Assembly (NCBI RefSeq): GCF_006345805.1
Contig: NC_043003.1
Location: 62,806,001 to 62,870,000, forward strand
DNA from: Octopus sinensis
Taxonomy: Eukaryota
DNA: 64,000 nt
Reading direction: 5' to 3'
Shown here: positions 50,670 through 62,749 of the stretch, in pieces
How the letters are laid out: each line of letters opens with the position of its first letter
Position numbering within the stretch: the first letter of the stretch is position 1
Notes under the pieces: generated by a model
Database searches by the model: none
Seen by the model: the letters and a program-made list of their open reading frames with translations, nothing else
Told to the model about the DNA's origin: nothing
Made by a program: the position numbers and the translations under genes

Positions 50670-51865
50670 TCATCGTCGTCATTTGACGTCTGCTTTCCAT
50701 ACTGGCATGGGTTTGACGGTTTAACTGAAAACTGGTAAACCAGGAGCTGACATGGTTTCTACAACTGGATGCCCCTCCTAATGCCAGCCACTCCAAGAGT
50801 GTAGTGGGTGCTGTTAACATTCCACCAGCATGGGTGCCATTGATGTGACACCAGCATCAGTCATGACTATGATCTCACTTGGCACGACAGGTCTACACAA
50901 GCATGGTATAACACCAAAAGTCTCGGTCACCTGTCGCTGCCTCTGTGGGGTCCAATGCTCCAACGGTGCTTTTTATGTGCCACTGGCACAGGTACCAGTC
51001 AGACAGCACTGGCATCAGCCCACTTGGCTTGATGGTTCTTTTCAAGAAAGGCATATCACCAAAGGTCTCGGTCATTTGTCATTGTCTCCTTGGAACCCAA
51101 CATTCAAAGATCATACTTCACCACTTCATCTCATGTTTACCTCTTCCATGGGTTCTCTCCACTGTTGGTGTGACTCTTCTTCACAGAACTGTCTTCATCC
51201 ATATGAATCACATGACCATAGTGCAGTCATCTCCCTTGTGCACCACATCTGGTGCTGCTTATGCCCAACTTTTCTCTCAAGATACTTACACTCTGTCGAA
51301 CATGCACACTGACATTACACATCCAGTGCAGCATACTAGCTTCATTTCTTTCAAGCTTATGCCTGTCCTCAGTGGTCTCAGCCCATGTTTCACTGCCATG
51401 TAGCATGGCTGTTCACACAGGCATCATACAGTCTGCCTTTCACTCTGAGAGAGAAGCCCTTTATTACCAGCAGAGGCAGGAGCTCTCTGAACTTTACCCA
51501 GCCTATTCTTATTCTAGCAGCTATGCTCTCAGAGCATCCACCCCTGCTACTGAATTGGTCACCTAGGTAATGGAAGCTATCAATTACTTCTAGTTTGATG
51601 GAGTTTATTTTCTGTACATTTTTAATGTTAATTGTACCTGTGCACATTCTACACACAAAAACTATTTTCCCTGTTAACTTTCTTCTGATATTGCTGCACC
51701 TCTTATGTGTTCATAGATTACACCAGGTACATCTTATCTACCTGAAGGAATTTGTGATTTGTCTGCTTTCCTACTTACTAAGATTTAGGTTTTTGCTAAA
51801 TTAATTCCAAGGCCCTTTCATTCTAAACCTTGTTTCCATCTCTGAAATTTCTTCTCTATTTCTGG
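50670..51865 (-). mobile_element. 5'-truncated RTE-like LINE with partly deleted PHD region
   Basis: Reads VIDSFHYLGDQFSSRGGCSESIAARIRIGWVKFRELLPLL. Terminal motif at ~50675-50715. Confidence 0.85.
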
Positions 51866-51879
51866 TAGAGAAGTATTTT

Positions 51880-52622
51880 TATTATTAATTCTTTTATCAC
51901 AAGTTTTGTTGGAACAGGCTTGCTACCTCTGGCCTATAGTACCATGCAATCTGTTCTTTTCAACTATCTAGTACTTTCCTGGTTATTCTGCCCATGCCAA
52001 AGAGGCAAGCCTTTTGTAACCTCTACTGGGCACTCTATTCCAATTTCGTTTATATTCCTCTTGATGCTCCAAGGACCCAGCAACAACTGGAACTATCTTC
52101 ACCTTCATTTTCCACAGTTGAGCTATCTTGTTAAGAGGAATGTATATGTCTATTTCTTCACTTTCCTTCTTAATTATTCATGGGTCAAATGGGCACACAA
52201 CATCAGTTATACAGCACATGTGGTTTGCTTTGTCCACAACCAATCTGTTTGGAGTGGGAAATCCCTCAGCATTTTGCAGGTCTCTGACTCCCCTACTCTT
52301 TGTGTTTTGTACTCATGATGCATCTTGCCTCTCTTGCCCCCACTTTCCACATAGTTTCTAATGTAGACGTTTTACTACCGCATCGTAAAGCCATAATTTA
52401 TATTGGTTTTGGTGAGTTGAGGGCATTCATTCATATGAGCAATGGTTTTGTCAGCTGTATTATAGATTTGGCACAATGGAGACACTTGCTCAATCCTCTA
52501 TTTTGTGGTCAAAGTCTGGTCTTGTGCTACCAGTATAGTGCTCTCATTCTCTTTTTCGCAGTATTCCTTTCTTCAACCATTCCCACCTATATTCTTCAAC
52601 AACTTCAGTTCTGGCTACATGG
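51880..52622 (-). mobile_element. R4/Dong-like C-terminal fragment, copy C
   Basis: Reads WEWLKKGILRK, LCQICNTADKTIAH and ETCKMLRDFPLQTD. (ATT)n-rich on both flanks. Confidence 0.7.
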
Positions 52623-52652
52623 AATTTATTATTATTATTATCATTATTATTG

Positions 52653-53022
52653 TTACCTCCACCTTAGCGAAGGTGGAGGTATTGTTTTCAGTCATGCTTG
52701 TTTGTTTCTTTGTCTGTGGACAAGGTATCTCAAGAACTGCTGGATGGATTCACATAAAACTTTCAGGGACGTTTGGCCTCATGACTAGCATGAATTGATT
52801 CAATTCTGGGATCGATCCAGTACTGGACAAGGAGTCTGGATTATTTTTCTGCTTCTTTTACTTAATTTTTGAGAGCAGTCAGGTTCATTTTTAGTATTCT
52901 TGTTTGTGAGAGCAGTCAAGTTTATTTCAGATATTCTCATTTTAAAAATCATCTCTGGCTAATCGTTGAGAGGACATTGGTGTGGCCTTGGCAGAGGTTT
53001 GTACACTCTGAGCGCTCTTGTT
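52653..53022 (+). mobile_element. HINE/DINE-1-like Helentron-associated element
   Basis: 5' hairpin TACCTCCACCTT-AGCG-AAGGTGGAGGTA, (GTTT) tract, and 3' subterminal inverted repeat CCTTGGCAGAGGT with a small stem-loop. Inserted at TT. Confidence 0.7.
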
Positions 53023-53034
53023 ATTATCATCACT

Positions 53035-53440
53035 GAAGTGGTGAGCCGGCAGGATCATTAGCATACTGGACAAAATGCTTGACGGCATTTCGTCTGTCTT
53101 TACATTCTGAGTTCAAATTCCACTGAGGTCAACTTTGCCTTTCATCCTTTCGGGGTCATTAAAATAAGTACTGGGGTTTGATGTAATCGACTAGTCCCTT
53201 TTCCCAAATTTCAGGTCTTGTGCCTTTAGTAGAAAGGATTATTATTATTACTACTACTACTACTGACAGAATTGTTAGCACACTGGAAAAATGCTTAGTG
53301 ACATTTCTTCCAGCTTTACATCCTGAGTTCAACAGAAGTTGACTTTGCCTTACATCCTTTCGGAGTCAATGAAATGAGAACCAGTTGAACACTAGCATGG
53401 ATGAAATTGACCAGACCCACTTCCTCAAAATTTCAGTAGG
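53035..53440 (+). mobile_element. Head-to-tail SINE B1 dimer
   Basis: Two B units joined by (ATT)n(ACT)n at 53237-53263. Confidence 0.75.
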
Positions 53441-53855
53441 AAAAAAAATAATATTATTATTTAAAAAAACATTAAATATATATTACTTCCTCTGTTATTG
53501 TTAACAACACCCATTTATTACATTCCCTGTTAATGTAACCAAGTTCCAGTTCTGAAATTATAATATCCTTAATTACAAAACCAGTTTTATCCTCAGAAAA
53601 GTAAATTCCAATGGAAACATATTTTGTGTTTATCATTAAGTTTTATCATATGTCTTTCCGTATCTTTTTTTTCTTTGATATAATTTGACTCATATGGAAT
53701 TTCTTGGCTTTTCCTTTTTGTGTGTGCGAAAGAGAAATGGAGAGACAGAGTGCATGTGGTGTATGTCACATATATCATATATAATAATGATGATGCTAAT
53801 GGTGGTGATATATATATATATATATATATATATAATAATGATGATGCTAATGGTG

Positions 53856-53890
<35 letters not shown>

Positions 53891-53893
<3 letters not shown>

Positions 53894-54257
53894 AGGCACT
53901 CCATCGGTTACAACGATGAAGGTTCCAGTTGATCTGATCAATGAAACAGCTGGCTCATGAAATTAACATGCAAGTGGCTGAGCGCTCCCCAGACACATGT
54001 ACCCTTAATGTAGTTCTCAGGGAGATTCAGTGTGACTAGGCTGGCCCTTTGAAATACAGGTACAACAGAAACAGGAGGAAAGAGTGAGAAAAAGTTGTGG
54101 TGAAAGAGTACAGCAGGGTTCACCACCACCCCCTGCTGGAGCCTTGTGGAGCTTTGGGTTTTCACTCAATAAGCACTCACAATGCCCGGTCTGGGAATCA
54201 AAACCGTGATCCTTTGACCGCAAGTCCACTGCTCTAACCACTGGGCCATTGAGCCTA
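53891..54257 (-). mobile_element. Full-length SINE family D1
   Basis: A box TGGCCCAGTGG, B box GGTTTTGATTCCC, tail GATCAACTGGAACC..CCGATGGAGTGCC. Confidence 0.85.
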
Positions 54258-54639
54258 CACACATGTGTGTGTGTGTACACATATATATATGTATATATAC
54301 ATATAGAGAGAGAGAGGCAGTGACAAGTGACCGAGACCTTTGGCAATACACCATGCTTGAAAAGATCTGTCAAGTGAGAAAGTGGTTGTGGCCAATGCCA
54401 GTGCTTTGTGTCTGGCATGTAAAAAGCACCCACTGCACTCTTGGGGTGGTTGACATTAGGATGTGCATCCAGCTGTAGAAACCCAGCCAAATCAGAGTGA
54501 AACTTGGTGCAGCTCCCCAAGTTTTCTTTGCCAAATACACACACAAACTATATATTCGTTCTTCTCTTGTTTATTACTGTTCTTATTCTAACTTATGTCC
54601 ATTGTCCAGAAATCTTTCATCACACATTTGTGACCTCTT

Positions 54640-55600
54640 CAGCAACACTTTCAGCACCACTGTATGTGGTCTTGCTCCACTTACTTCATTTTGTTCTTCT
54701 ATGTTGTGTATTATTTGGAAAAAAAAAAGACCATCCAGAAATAACACAATATATATATAAAAGGAAAGGTTGAACCAACAGATATGTGAACTGGCAAGCA
54801 AATTTAAACAAGTGACTTCTATGAATGATGAAGTTGACACCACATGTGCATTAAAGGATAGCATGAAAAAGCACCTCTGTATATCAGCACAGACAGTCAC
54901 CCTTTGAAAATCATCAACTTGCTAAATTCTCAAAATTTATTTGAGACTAGAAGGTTATGATTTTTCGCTATTCCAGGGAAACTTAATGGGCAACATTCTT
55001 TTCTATAATGAAGCAATTCCCTGTACACGTAGAAAAGTTGACCAACATCATTGTCATATTTGGTCATCAGAACAGCCAAAGGATTTTGCTTTTTATTGAG
55101 AAAGGTAAAAATTTGGGTGGGTATGGTGCATAAAATCAGTATAAAATAAAAGATTTAAGAGTCTTTTTTTTTTTTTTGTTACAGAGATAGTACTGATTTT
55201 AGGTGACATGTTTCAGAAATTCTTTAAGCTTCAACTAACTGCAGTTGAGATAATTAGCCTTGTTGTGTTCCAACAAGATGGCACTCTTCATTATTGTTGA
55301 ACAAATTTGGGATGGATTATCTGCATGAATGGTTCCGAAATTGTTGGATTGGATGCATGAGTTGTAGATTATGACTGGCTAAATCAGCAAATCTGATCCC
55401 TTTTGATATTTTTTTTAAGTTGGGGTTGTTTTTTGAAATTTCAGTAAACACCAAACTCTCTACAATTTATGCGAATGTTTATGAAATGATGCAGATAACA
55501 TAACATTGCAAATGGTCCAGAAGGATTTCAGTTCTACAGCAATACTGATGGCCATCATGGGGGTCCCTGCTATTAAACTTCAACAAGTGCTAATAATCAT
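54640..55600 (+). mobile_element. Decayed rosa/DD41D-like transposon
   Basis: Reads ICELASKFKQVTS, ILFYNEA..HCHIWSSEQP and VVFQQDG, followed by a WIG-like segment. Confidence 0.55.
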
Positions 55601-55849
55601 GTGATTAAAGTAACGAGCTTGCAGAATCACTGGCATGCCAGGTAAAATGGTTAGCGACATTTTATCTGATTTTATCTTCTGAGTTCAAATTCCACAGAGG
55701 TCGACTTTACCTTTCATCCCTTATGGGATCAATAAAATAGATACCAGTTTAGAACTAGGGTCAATGTAATCAACTTAACACTGAAATTACTGACCTTGTA
55801 CCAAAATTTCAAACCAATAATTATGTCACTAATCTTTCTATAATTAATT

Positions 55850-56255
55850 TTTTCTAACAATTCTTCTATTCTTTTATTTGTCTCAGTCATTTGGCTGCAG
55901 CCATGCTGGAGCAATGCCTTTAGTCGAACAAATCTACCCCAAGACTTATTTTTTGTAATCCTAGTACTTAATCTATTGGGCACTTTTTTTATCAAACTGC
56001 TGGGTTACGGGGATGTAAACACACCAACATCAATTGTCAAGTAATGGTGGGGGGAACAATACACACACACACAACATATATGTATATATACACACAATGG
56101 GCTTTCACTTTCTGTCTACCAAATCCACTCCCAAGGCTTTGGTCAGCCTAAGGCTATAGTAGAAGACACTTACCCAAGGTGCCATTCAGTGGAACCGAAC
56201 CCAGGACCATGTGGTTGGGAAGCAAGCCACTTACCACACAGCCACTCTTGTGCCT
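55850..56255 (-). mobile_element. SINE C1
   Basis: Complete tail, body and head on the minus strand. Confidence 0.8.
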
Positions 56256-56499
56256 ATCATCATCATTTAATGTCTATTTCCCATACTGGCATGGGTTGGA
56301 TGGTTTGACAGGAGCTGGCAAGGCTGGAGAGCTGCACCAGGTTCCAATTGTCTGTTTGGCATGGTTTCTATGGATGGATGCCTTTCCTCACACCAACCAC
56401 TCTACAGAGTGTACTGGGTGCTTTTTACATAGGACCAGCATGGGTGCCTTTTACGTAGCACTGGCACATATATATATATATATATAGTGAATTTAGACA

Positions 56500-56860
56500 C
56501 AGGCATATCTGTGTGGTTTAAAAACTCACTTTACAACTGTGTAGTTTTGAGTTCATTCCCACTGCATTGCACCTTGGCCAAATGTCTTCTACTGCGGCCC
56601 AAGGTTACACAATGCCTTTTGAGTGAATTTAGTACATCGAAACTGTGGAGAAACTTATTGCGTGTGTGTGTGTGTTTGTTTTCACCACTTCTTTGATAAC
56701 ACATGCTGGTTTCTTTATGTAACTTAACAGTTTAGTAAAAGAGACTGATTGATTAAGGGCTAGATTTATAAATAAGTACTTGGAGAAGTTTGTTCAACTA
56801 AAATCCATGCTCCAGCATGGCTGCAGTCCAATGACTGAAACAAGTAAAAGCTAGAAAAAT
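56500..56860 (+). mobile_element. SINE C1, decayed
   Basis: Head through GCTCCAGCATGGCTGCAGTCCAATGACTGAAACAAGTAAAAG. Confidence 0.7.
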
Positions 56861-56968
56861 AAATGGAGACTCTGTATGTATATACAAGCATATATGCACA
56901 CAAACATATAGATTTATCTATCCATCTGTCTGTCTCTCTCTCTATCTATCTGTCTCTCTATCTATCTG

Positions 56969-57870
56969 ACAACGAGCTCAGGGCAAACCTGGGTGTCGAC
57001 AAGGAATACCTGACCTGCCTGTTCAGGACGACTTTCAGGCCAGGACCTATGGACAACTTCCAGAGATCCCTGACCTGGCAGTGCTACCCATTCGGGATAA
57101 GCTCTACAGACACAGCTCGAGAAACACAGAGACGACCTCTCTGAGATGTGGTCAGAGCGACAAAACCATTCTGCATGCACTCGTGCAGTGTCCAACCATT
57201 TCCCACCTGTGGGCTTATGTCGAACGACTGCTGTCATATGTGGGACGAGTCAGTTTATCAGCTGAGTCTATCATCAATATCATCACGCCTCCTTCCTTCA
57301 AGCGTGAAGGAAGAGCTAATTTCATCATACTTGTGGCTATGGCGAAAGAATGTATCTGGTGGATGCGTCTGAAAGGATTAGAGACAAACACTTTCCTCTC
57401 TGGTCAATCTCTCATGAACTTCTTCAAGTATCACTTGAAAAGGAAAGTGAGAGTAGAGAGGCAAGTTTTGTCTAGCGAATGTTTCAAAAAATGATGGGTG
57501 AATATAGCAAGGATGGCATGTATGAATGACAAAGCCACCTTGAACATAATCCTATGAACCGGAAAAATTTAAAACAGAGGGTTACTTACTTGCAAAAAAA
57601 TGTGTTAACATGTGACATTATTGACCAAGGTTACCATGGTCTTTTCAGTAGGCTTTTCTTTCCATGAATAAACCTTATCTGCTTCCCCCTTTACACTTCA
57701 CATCAGGGCATTTCTGTGATACACGATCCCTATTGATAATTTTTTTCTTTTTTTTTTACTATCCCTTTTGATCAAAAACCTATCCCACTTTTTTTTTCTC
57801 CCAAAAAGAAAAGCTCTACTTTGTAATTTGTCACATCTGTGTTCAACCCTGTGTGGCTAATAAAGAAACA
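56969..57870 (+). mobile_element. Tx1/L1-like LINE 3' end (ORF2 C-terminal zinc-knuckle region plus 3' UTR)
   Basis: Reads SLTWQCY, LPIRDKLY..LRCGQSDKTILHALVQCPTISHLW. Flanked by a TATCTATCTG direct repeat at 56959-56968 and 57871-57880. Confidence 0.8.
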
Positions 57871-57930
57871 TATCTATCTGTCTCTCTGTCTCTCTCTCTA
57901 TCTATCTGTCTCTCTCTCTCTCTCTATCTA

Positions 57931-57962
<32 letters not shown>

Positions 57963-58039
57963 CCTCTCTATCTGTCTCTATCTCTCTCTCTCTGTCTCTC
58001 TCTCTATCTATCTCTATCGGTCTATCTGTCTCTATCTAG

Positions 58040-58990
58040 CGAGCCATCCAGGCATTCATGGCAATCTACTTCCAGTGTTTCGATAATACATACTGCTTCA
58101 GTGCTTGTATCACATTCAAAGTTTGTTTTCTGCTAGTCTGCCTGCAATTCCAATACATCTGTGGTATGACCATAGCTTACACATGCAGTTTATACCTACT
58201 CCTTTTCTCCATATTAACCAAGGCCGTTTCCCTGAAGGTACCAGAGTCCTGTGTCCTTTCCTACTTACTAAAATGTTTGCCTTTGCTAAAATAACCCTAA
58301 GACTTTTCATTTCTATGTTTAGCTTCCATGCCTGGAATCTCCTCCTTAATTTCTTTTATAGATTCAGCTGTGAGAATTAGATTGTATACATAATGGTTCC
58401 CATGGACTGCCAGTCTTAAGCTTCTCTGTAATGCCTTGTAGGTCAACAGAAAATAATGAACTGAGGACTGAGCCTTGATGGACACCAATCCTTATGCTAA
58501 ATTCTTCACTGAAGTCATTGTCAGCTCTCACGTTACTCATTGCATAGCTTATACATACAATCGTAAAAAGCCAGTAGTTTCCTCAGTGACCATCAAATTA
58601 CCATATGTGGTACCCTATCAAATGCCTTCTCCAAATCAATGAAAGCCAGGAACAATATTTTATTCTTGGCCAGGAATTTCTCTTGCAGTTGCCTCACTAA
58701 GAAGATTACATATGAAGTGCATCTTCCAAGTATAAAACCAAACTGCTTCTCATCTATGTCTCCTCTGTCACAAATTGATTGTATTATGACTCTGTTTCTG
58801 TGACCTTCATAGCCTAATCCAGTAATTTAATTCCTCCAAAGTTGTTCTTCTCTAAGGTATCTCCTTTGCCCTTGTAGCAGTTTATGATGACACTGCAATG
58901 CCAGTCATTGGGTACGACCCTGTCTTGTATAACTTAAATATCCAAGTTCACCAGATATTTGGAGCATTTTAGCAACTATCTTTGTTGGAT
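58040..58990 (-). mobile_element. RT core of an older RTE-PHD subfamily
   Basis: Reads VIINCYKGKGD, FLAFIDLEKAFDRVP, GVHQGSVLS and SLRVILAK..SGKRPW..CKLWSYHRCIGIAGRL. Confidence 0.8.
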
Positions 58991-59059
58991 CTGTAGTTTT
59001 CTCTTTCATAAAGATTTTGACAAAAATTGTATTTGAAAGACACTCTACTTTAAGGTAAG

Positions 59060-61039
59060 ACTTTTTGCTTTTTGAGTCCCATGGGATTCGTTGTTTGTAA
59101 GCTGTGTTTTTTGTACAGGCAAGGAGTCCTCACTAGATTCTGGGCTTTTGGTCTGCCTGCAGTAGAGCTGTGTGTTTTTCTCACTTAGCTGTGAGAACTG
59201 CTGTCTGGAGGAGTGTTTTGCCTCCAAATTAATTTAATTTGAGAGTTGAATTATTCTCAATTATTGCGAGAACTGCGTTTGTCTGCTTGCATGGAAGTTT
59301 TTTTGGAAAATAATTTCAAGGAAATACACAAGGATTGAAAAAGCTGTGAAGGCCAGGATTACCGTGTGGCCAAAACAAATATTTGTCTTTGCTGTATTTT
59401 GAACTCTCGTTCTCTTCTGTCGTTTATTTGAAAAAAAAAAAAAAACTGTATTGAACTTTTTATTTTTATTTATTTCTTCCCTTTTGTTAAGTTTTTTCTT
59501 TTGTTTTACTTTCTGTGTTATTTTGAATATTATGAACTGTATTCGGAACGTTTTTGCACATGGCAAGGAACAAATTTGTTGAACGAGAGTTGACACCTCC
59601 CAAAAAATGGTTTGAGTTTGAAAGGAAGATGGTGGTGTTGAAGACTTACTCCAAGTCCCTCGACACCATAGCCGTCTTCCCGAAAAACATAATTGAAAAA
59701 GAGCTGGCAGCTATTAAATATATCCAACTGCCAGCTATTAAATATATCTCACTGTGGGTCAAATATGCAATGGTGTGGTTGCTGTTTGACTCCCCTGAAG
59801 AAGCTTGCGAATTCACAAGCCAACCCCTGGAGGGCAGGGAAATTTTGTTCCTTCCCACTTATTGTGGGATGAAGTTGACGAGGGCTTGGGTCTGCAGTTT
59901 GCCACCCAGAATTGAGCCAGAGTGGATAGAAGATTCTAGGTCCAGGTGGCAGTAGTACCAAGCTACTCAATGTAAAAATTTTGCCTGCGGCTGGTTGAGA
60001 GGGGTCAAAAGCTGTTTTGACCCTATGGACCCAATCAGCCATAAATCTGGTTTTTCCAGATTTTTGAAAGATCGCCGGTTCTAGGTATCCAGTGATGCTT
60101 GAGGGACACCCTCCACCAAATGTCACCTGTGCCTGGAACTAGGCCATATTAAGAAAAACTGCCCCAAGGACCAAAATAACATTCTGGAGCAGTTTATAAA
60201 AGTACCTCATTGGAGGGAGAGAAGGAGGAAGTCGAGAGGTGGGAACCTCCTTGAAAAAAGGAAGAGAATGGCCCACCGAAGGAACCAAGGGCTATGGGAG
60301 GAAGGGAGGATCTGCTGGACAAGGCGGAAGAACTCCACCCTCCTGTGGCTCAAAGGAAAAAAAAGAAAAATGAGACATCACCGGCAGTTGGTGATACACT
60401 GCCGGCATGTCCCAAAGCATCTTTGGTGGGCGTTGTGCCACCAAAGCTGGAGACTGTGCAGCCTCTCCGAGATATGGAGGAGGAATTTGTGGTCCTCTTC
60501 CATAAGGGAGGGACATTGGAGTGCTTTGTTGGAAAGCTTAAAACGAAGGGCCGAAGGGAGAGGATCCTGTCCTGCACGGAGGACCCTGACTGGCCTTCAC
60601 AGGTTGCTGTGAAGGTCATGAGGGAGAACAACCTGTTCAGGATAATGGACTCCTTCCCCAAGGATACATACAGATTTATGTTAAATTAGCCCGTCTTGGA
60701 GCCGTGCTGGTGTTTTTCTGAGGTGAGAAGTCTGGTCGGGCAAGAAGATTGTATTTTTGATATCTAAATGGACTTGAGTAAGAGGTTCATTGCCTCAAAA
60801 TGGTTTCGTATGTAGTCAATGTAAGAGGTCTATTGCCTCCTTAATGTGTTTTTGTAAGAGGTTTATGACCTCAAAATGTTTTATAAAAGAACAATGTGCT
60901 CGGGTATACAGCAATTGGCGGGCGTTGCTGTTACCCTCATTTTTAACCATTTAATTTGTCATTCATATCCTTATGTGTGTGTCCAGCCCGCAGCTTCATT
61001 TCTGTGTAAGGCCCTTGTGGCCAATTGAATGAATAAAAG
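59060..61039 (+). mobile_element. ORF1-only Tx1/L1-derived (HAL1-like) retroelement
   Basis: ~500-bp leader, then a frameshifted gag-like ORF at 59560-60689 with RAWVCSLPPRIEPEWI and the CCHC knuckle CHLCLELGHIKKNC (60121-60162). A ~350-bp 3' UTR ends CCCTTGTGGCCAAT..AATAAAAG. No ORF2. Confidence 0.7.
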
Positions 61040-61189
61040 AAGCTTGCTTCCCAACCATATGGTTCTGGGTTCAGCCCCACTACATGGCACCTTAGGCAAA
61101 TGACTTTTACTATTGCCTTGGATTGACCAAAACCTTGTGAGTGGATTTGGTAAATGGGAATGGAAAAAAGCCTGCTGTCCAAAAGTCCC

Positions 61190-61480
61190 AGCTGTCTCAT
61201 CTAGGATGAGGACCATGAACTGCAATAGCTTGGGATTCAAGACCCACAGCTATTTAATTCATTGCCAAAAGATCTGAGGGACCTCCATGGAGTGGAAGTA
61301 GTTGTTTTCAAGAACAATATCCCAGATGAACCAATATCAAGGCAGGAAACTCAAAAGAGGACAGCAATATCAAACTCCCTCCTTCACCAAAAGCCAATCC
61401 CATAAAATTGGCCAATTAAAAGGTGATTACATTGGCAGTGCTCCAGCATGGCTACAGCCTCAAGGCTAAAACATATAAAA
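61190..61480 (+). mobile_element. CR1-group LINE 3' end, preceded by a SINE C head (61040-61175)
   Basis: Reads NSLGFKT..QLFNSLPKDLRDLHGVEVVVFK..IPDEP..ISNSLLHQ. Tail GGCAGTGCTCCAGCATGGC..AAACATATAAAAG. Confidence 0.65.
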
Positions 61481-61494
61481 GAACAAAAATACAT

Positions 61495-62745
61495 TATCAT
61501 CATTCTCGTCATTTAACGTCCACTTTCCATGCTGGCATGGGTTGGACAGGCTAACTAAGGGCTGGCAAGCCAGAAGGCTGCACCAGCCTCCAATCTGATC
61601 AAGCAAAGTTTCTACAGCTGGATGCCCTTCCAAAAGCCAACCACTCCAAGAGTGTAGTGGGTACTTTTTACATGCCACGAGCATGAGGGCCAGTCAGGTG
61701 GGACTGGCATCGACCATGTTTCACTGGTGCTTTTTACATGGTATCGGCATGGGAGCCAGTCAGGCAGCACTGACAATGATCACACTCGAATTGTACTTTT
61801 TACATGCCACTGGTATGGGACCAGTCAGCCAGCATTGGTATCGACCACATTTGAATGGTGCTTTTTATGTGCCACCGGCATGGTGCTAATCATGCGGTTC
61901 TGTCATTGGCCATGACTATGACTTCACTTGACTCAACAGGTCTCTGCAAGCACAGTTTATTGCCCAATGATTGAAAGGTACTCTTAAACGGTTTGGTTAT
62001 GCTGCACTGGCAAAGGCCATGGTTACAGCCTCGCTTGGCTTGCCAGGTCTTCTCAAGCACAGCATATCCCCAAAGGTCTCGATCACTCATCATCACCTCT
62101 GTGAGGCCCAATGTTTGAAGGTCGTGCTTCACTACTTCATCCCAGGTCTTCCTGGGTCAACCTCTTCCACAGGTTCCCTCTACTGCTAGGGTGTGACTCT
62201 TTTTCACACAGCTGTCCTCATCCATACACAACACATGACCATACCAGCACAGTCATCTCTCTTGCATACCACATCTGACGCTTCTTATGTCCAACTTTTC
62301 TCTCAGGGTGCTTACACTCTGTCATGTATGCACACTGACATTACACATCCAACAGAGCATACTCGCTTCATTCCTTGCAAGCTTATGCATGTCCTCAGCA
62401 GTTATGGCCCATGTTTCACTGCCATGTAGCATGGCTGTTCGCACACATGTGTCATACAGTCTACCTTTTACTCTGAGCAAGAGGCTCTCTGAACTTTGCC
62501 CAGACTATTCTTATTCTAGCAGCTACACTCTCGGAGCATCCACCCCCCACTACTGACTTGGTCACCTAGGTAATGGAAGCTATCAACTACTATTTTTATC
62601 CCCTGGCATGTGACAGAAACTGTTTTCTGCATATTTTCAGTGTCTATTGCCCCTGAGTATTTACCACACACAAAAACCTAGTTAGCCTTCCTTTGATCTT
62701 GGTGCACCTCTTATGTGTCCATAGCTTACACCAGGTACATCTTCT
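61495..62745 (-). mobile_element. 5'-truncated RTE-like LINE
   Basis: Reads VKHDLQTLGLTEVMMSDRDLWGYAVLEKTWQAK, with the array at 61660-61880 and an (ATG)n tail. Confidence 0.85.
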
Positions 62746-62749
62746 GGAG

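Noticed and set aside
54497-54900. Overlapping ORFs, one with a TM-like segment and a strong acceptor
   Set aside because: It overlaps the 5' part of a decayed DD41D-like transposon and has only a weak donor.
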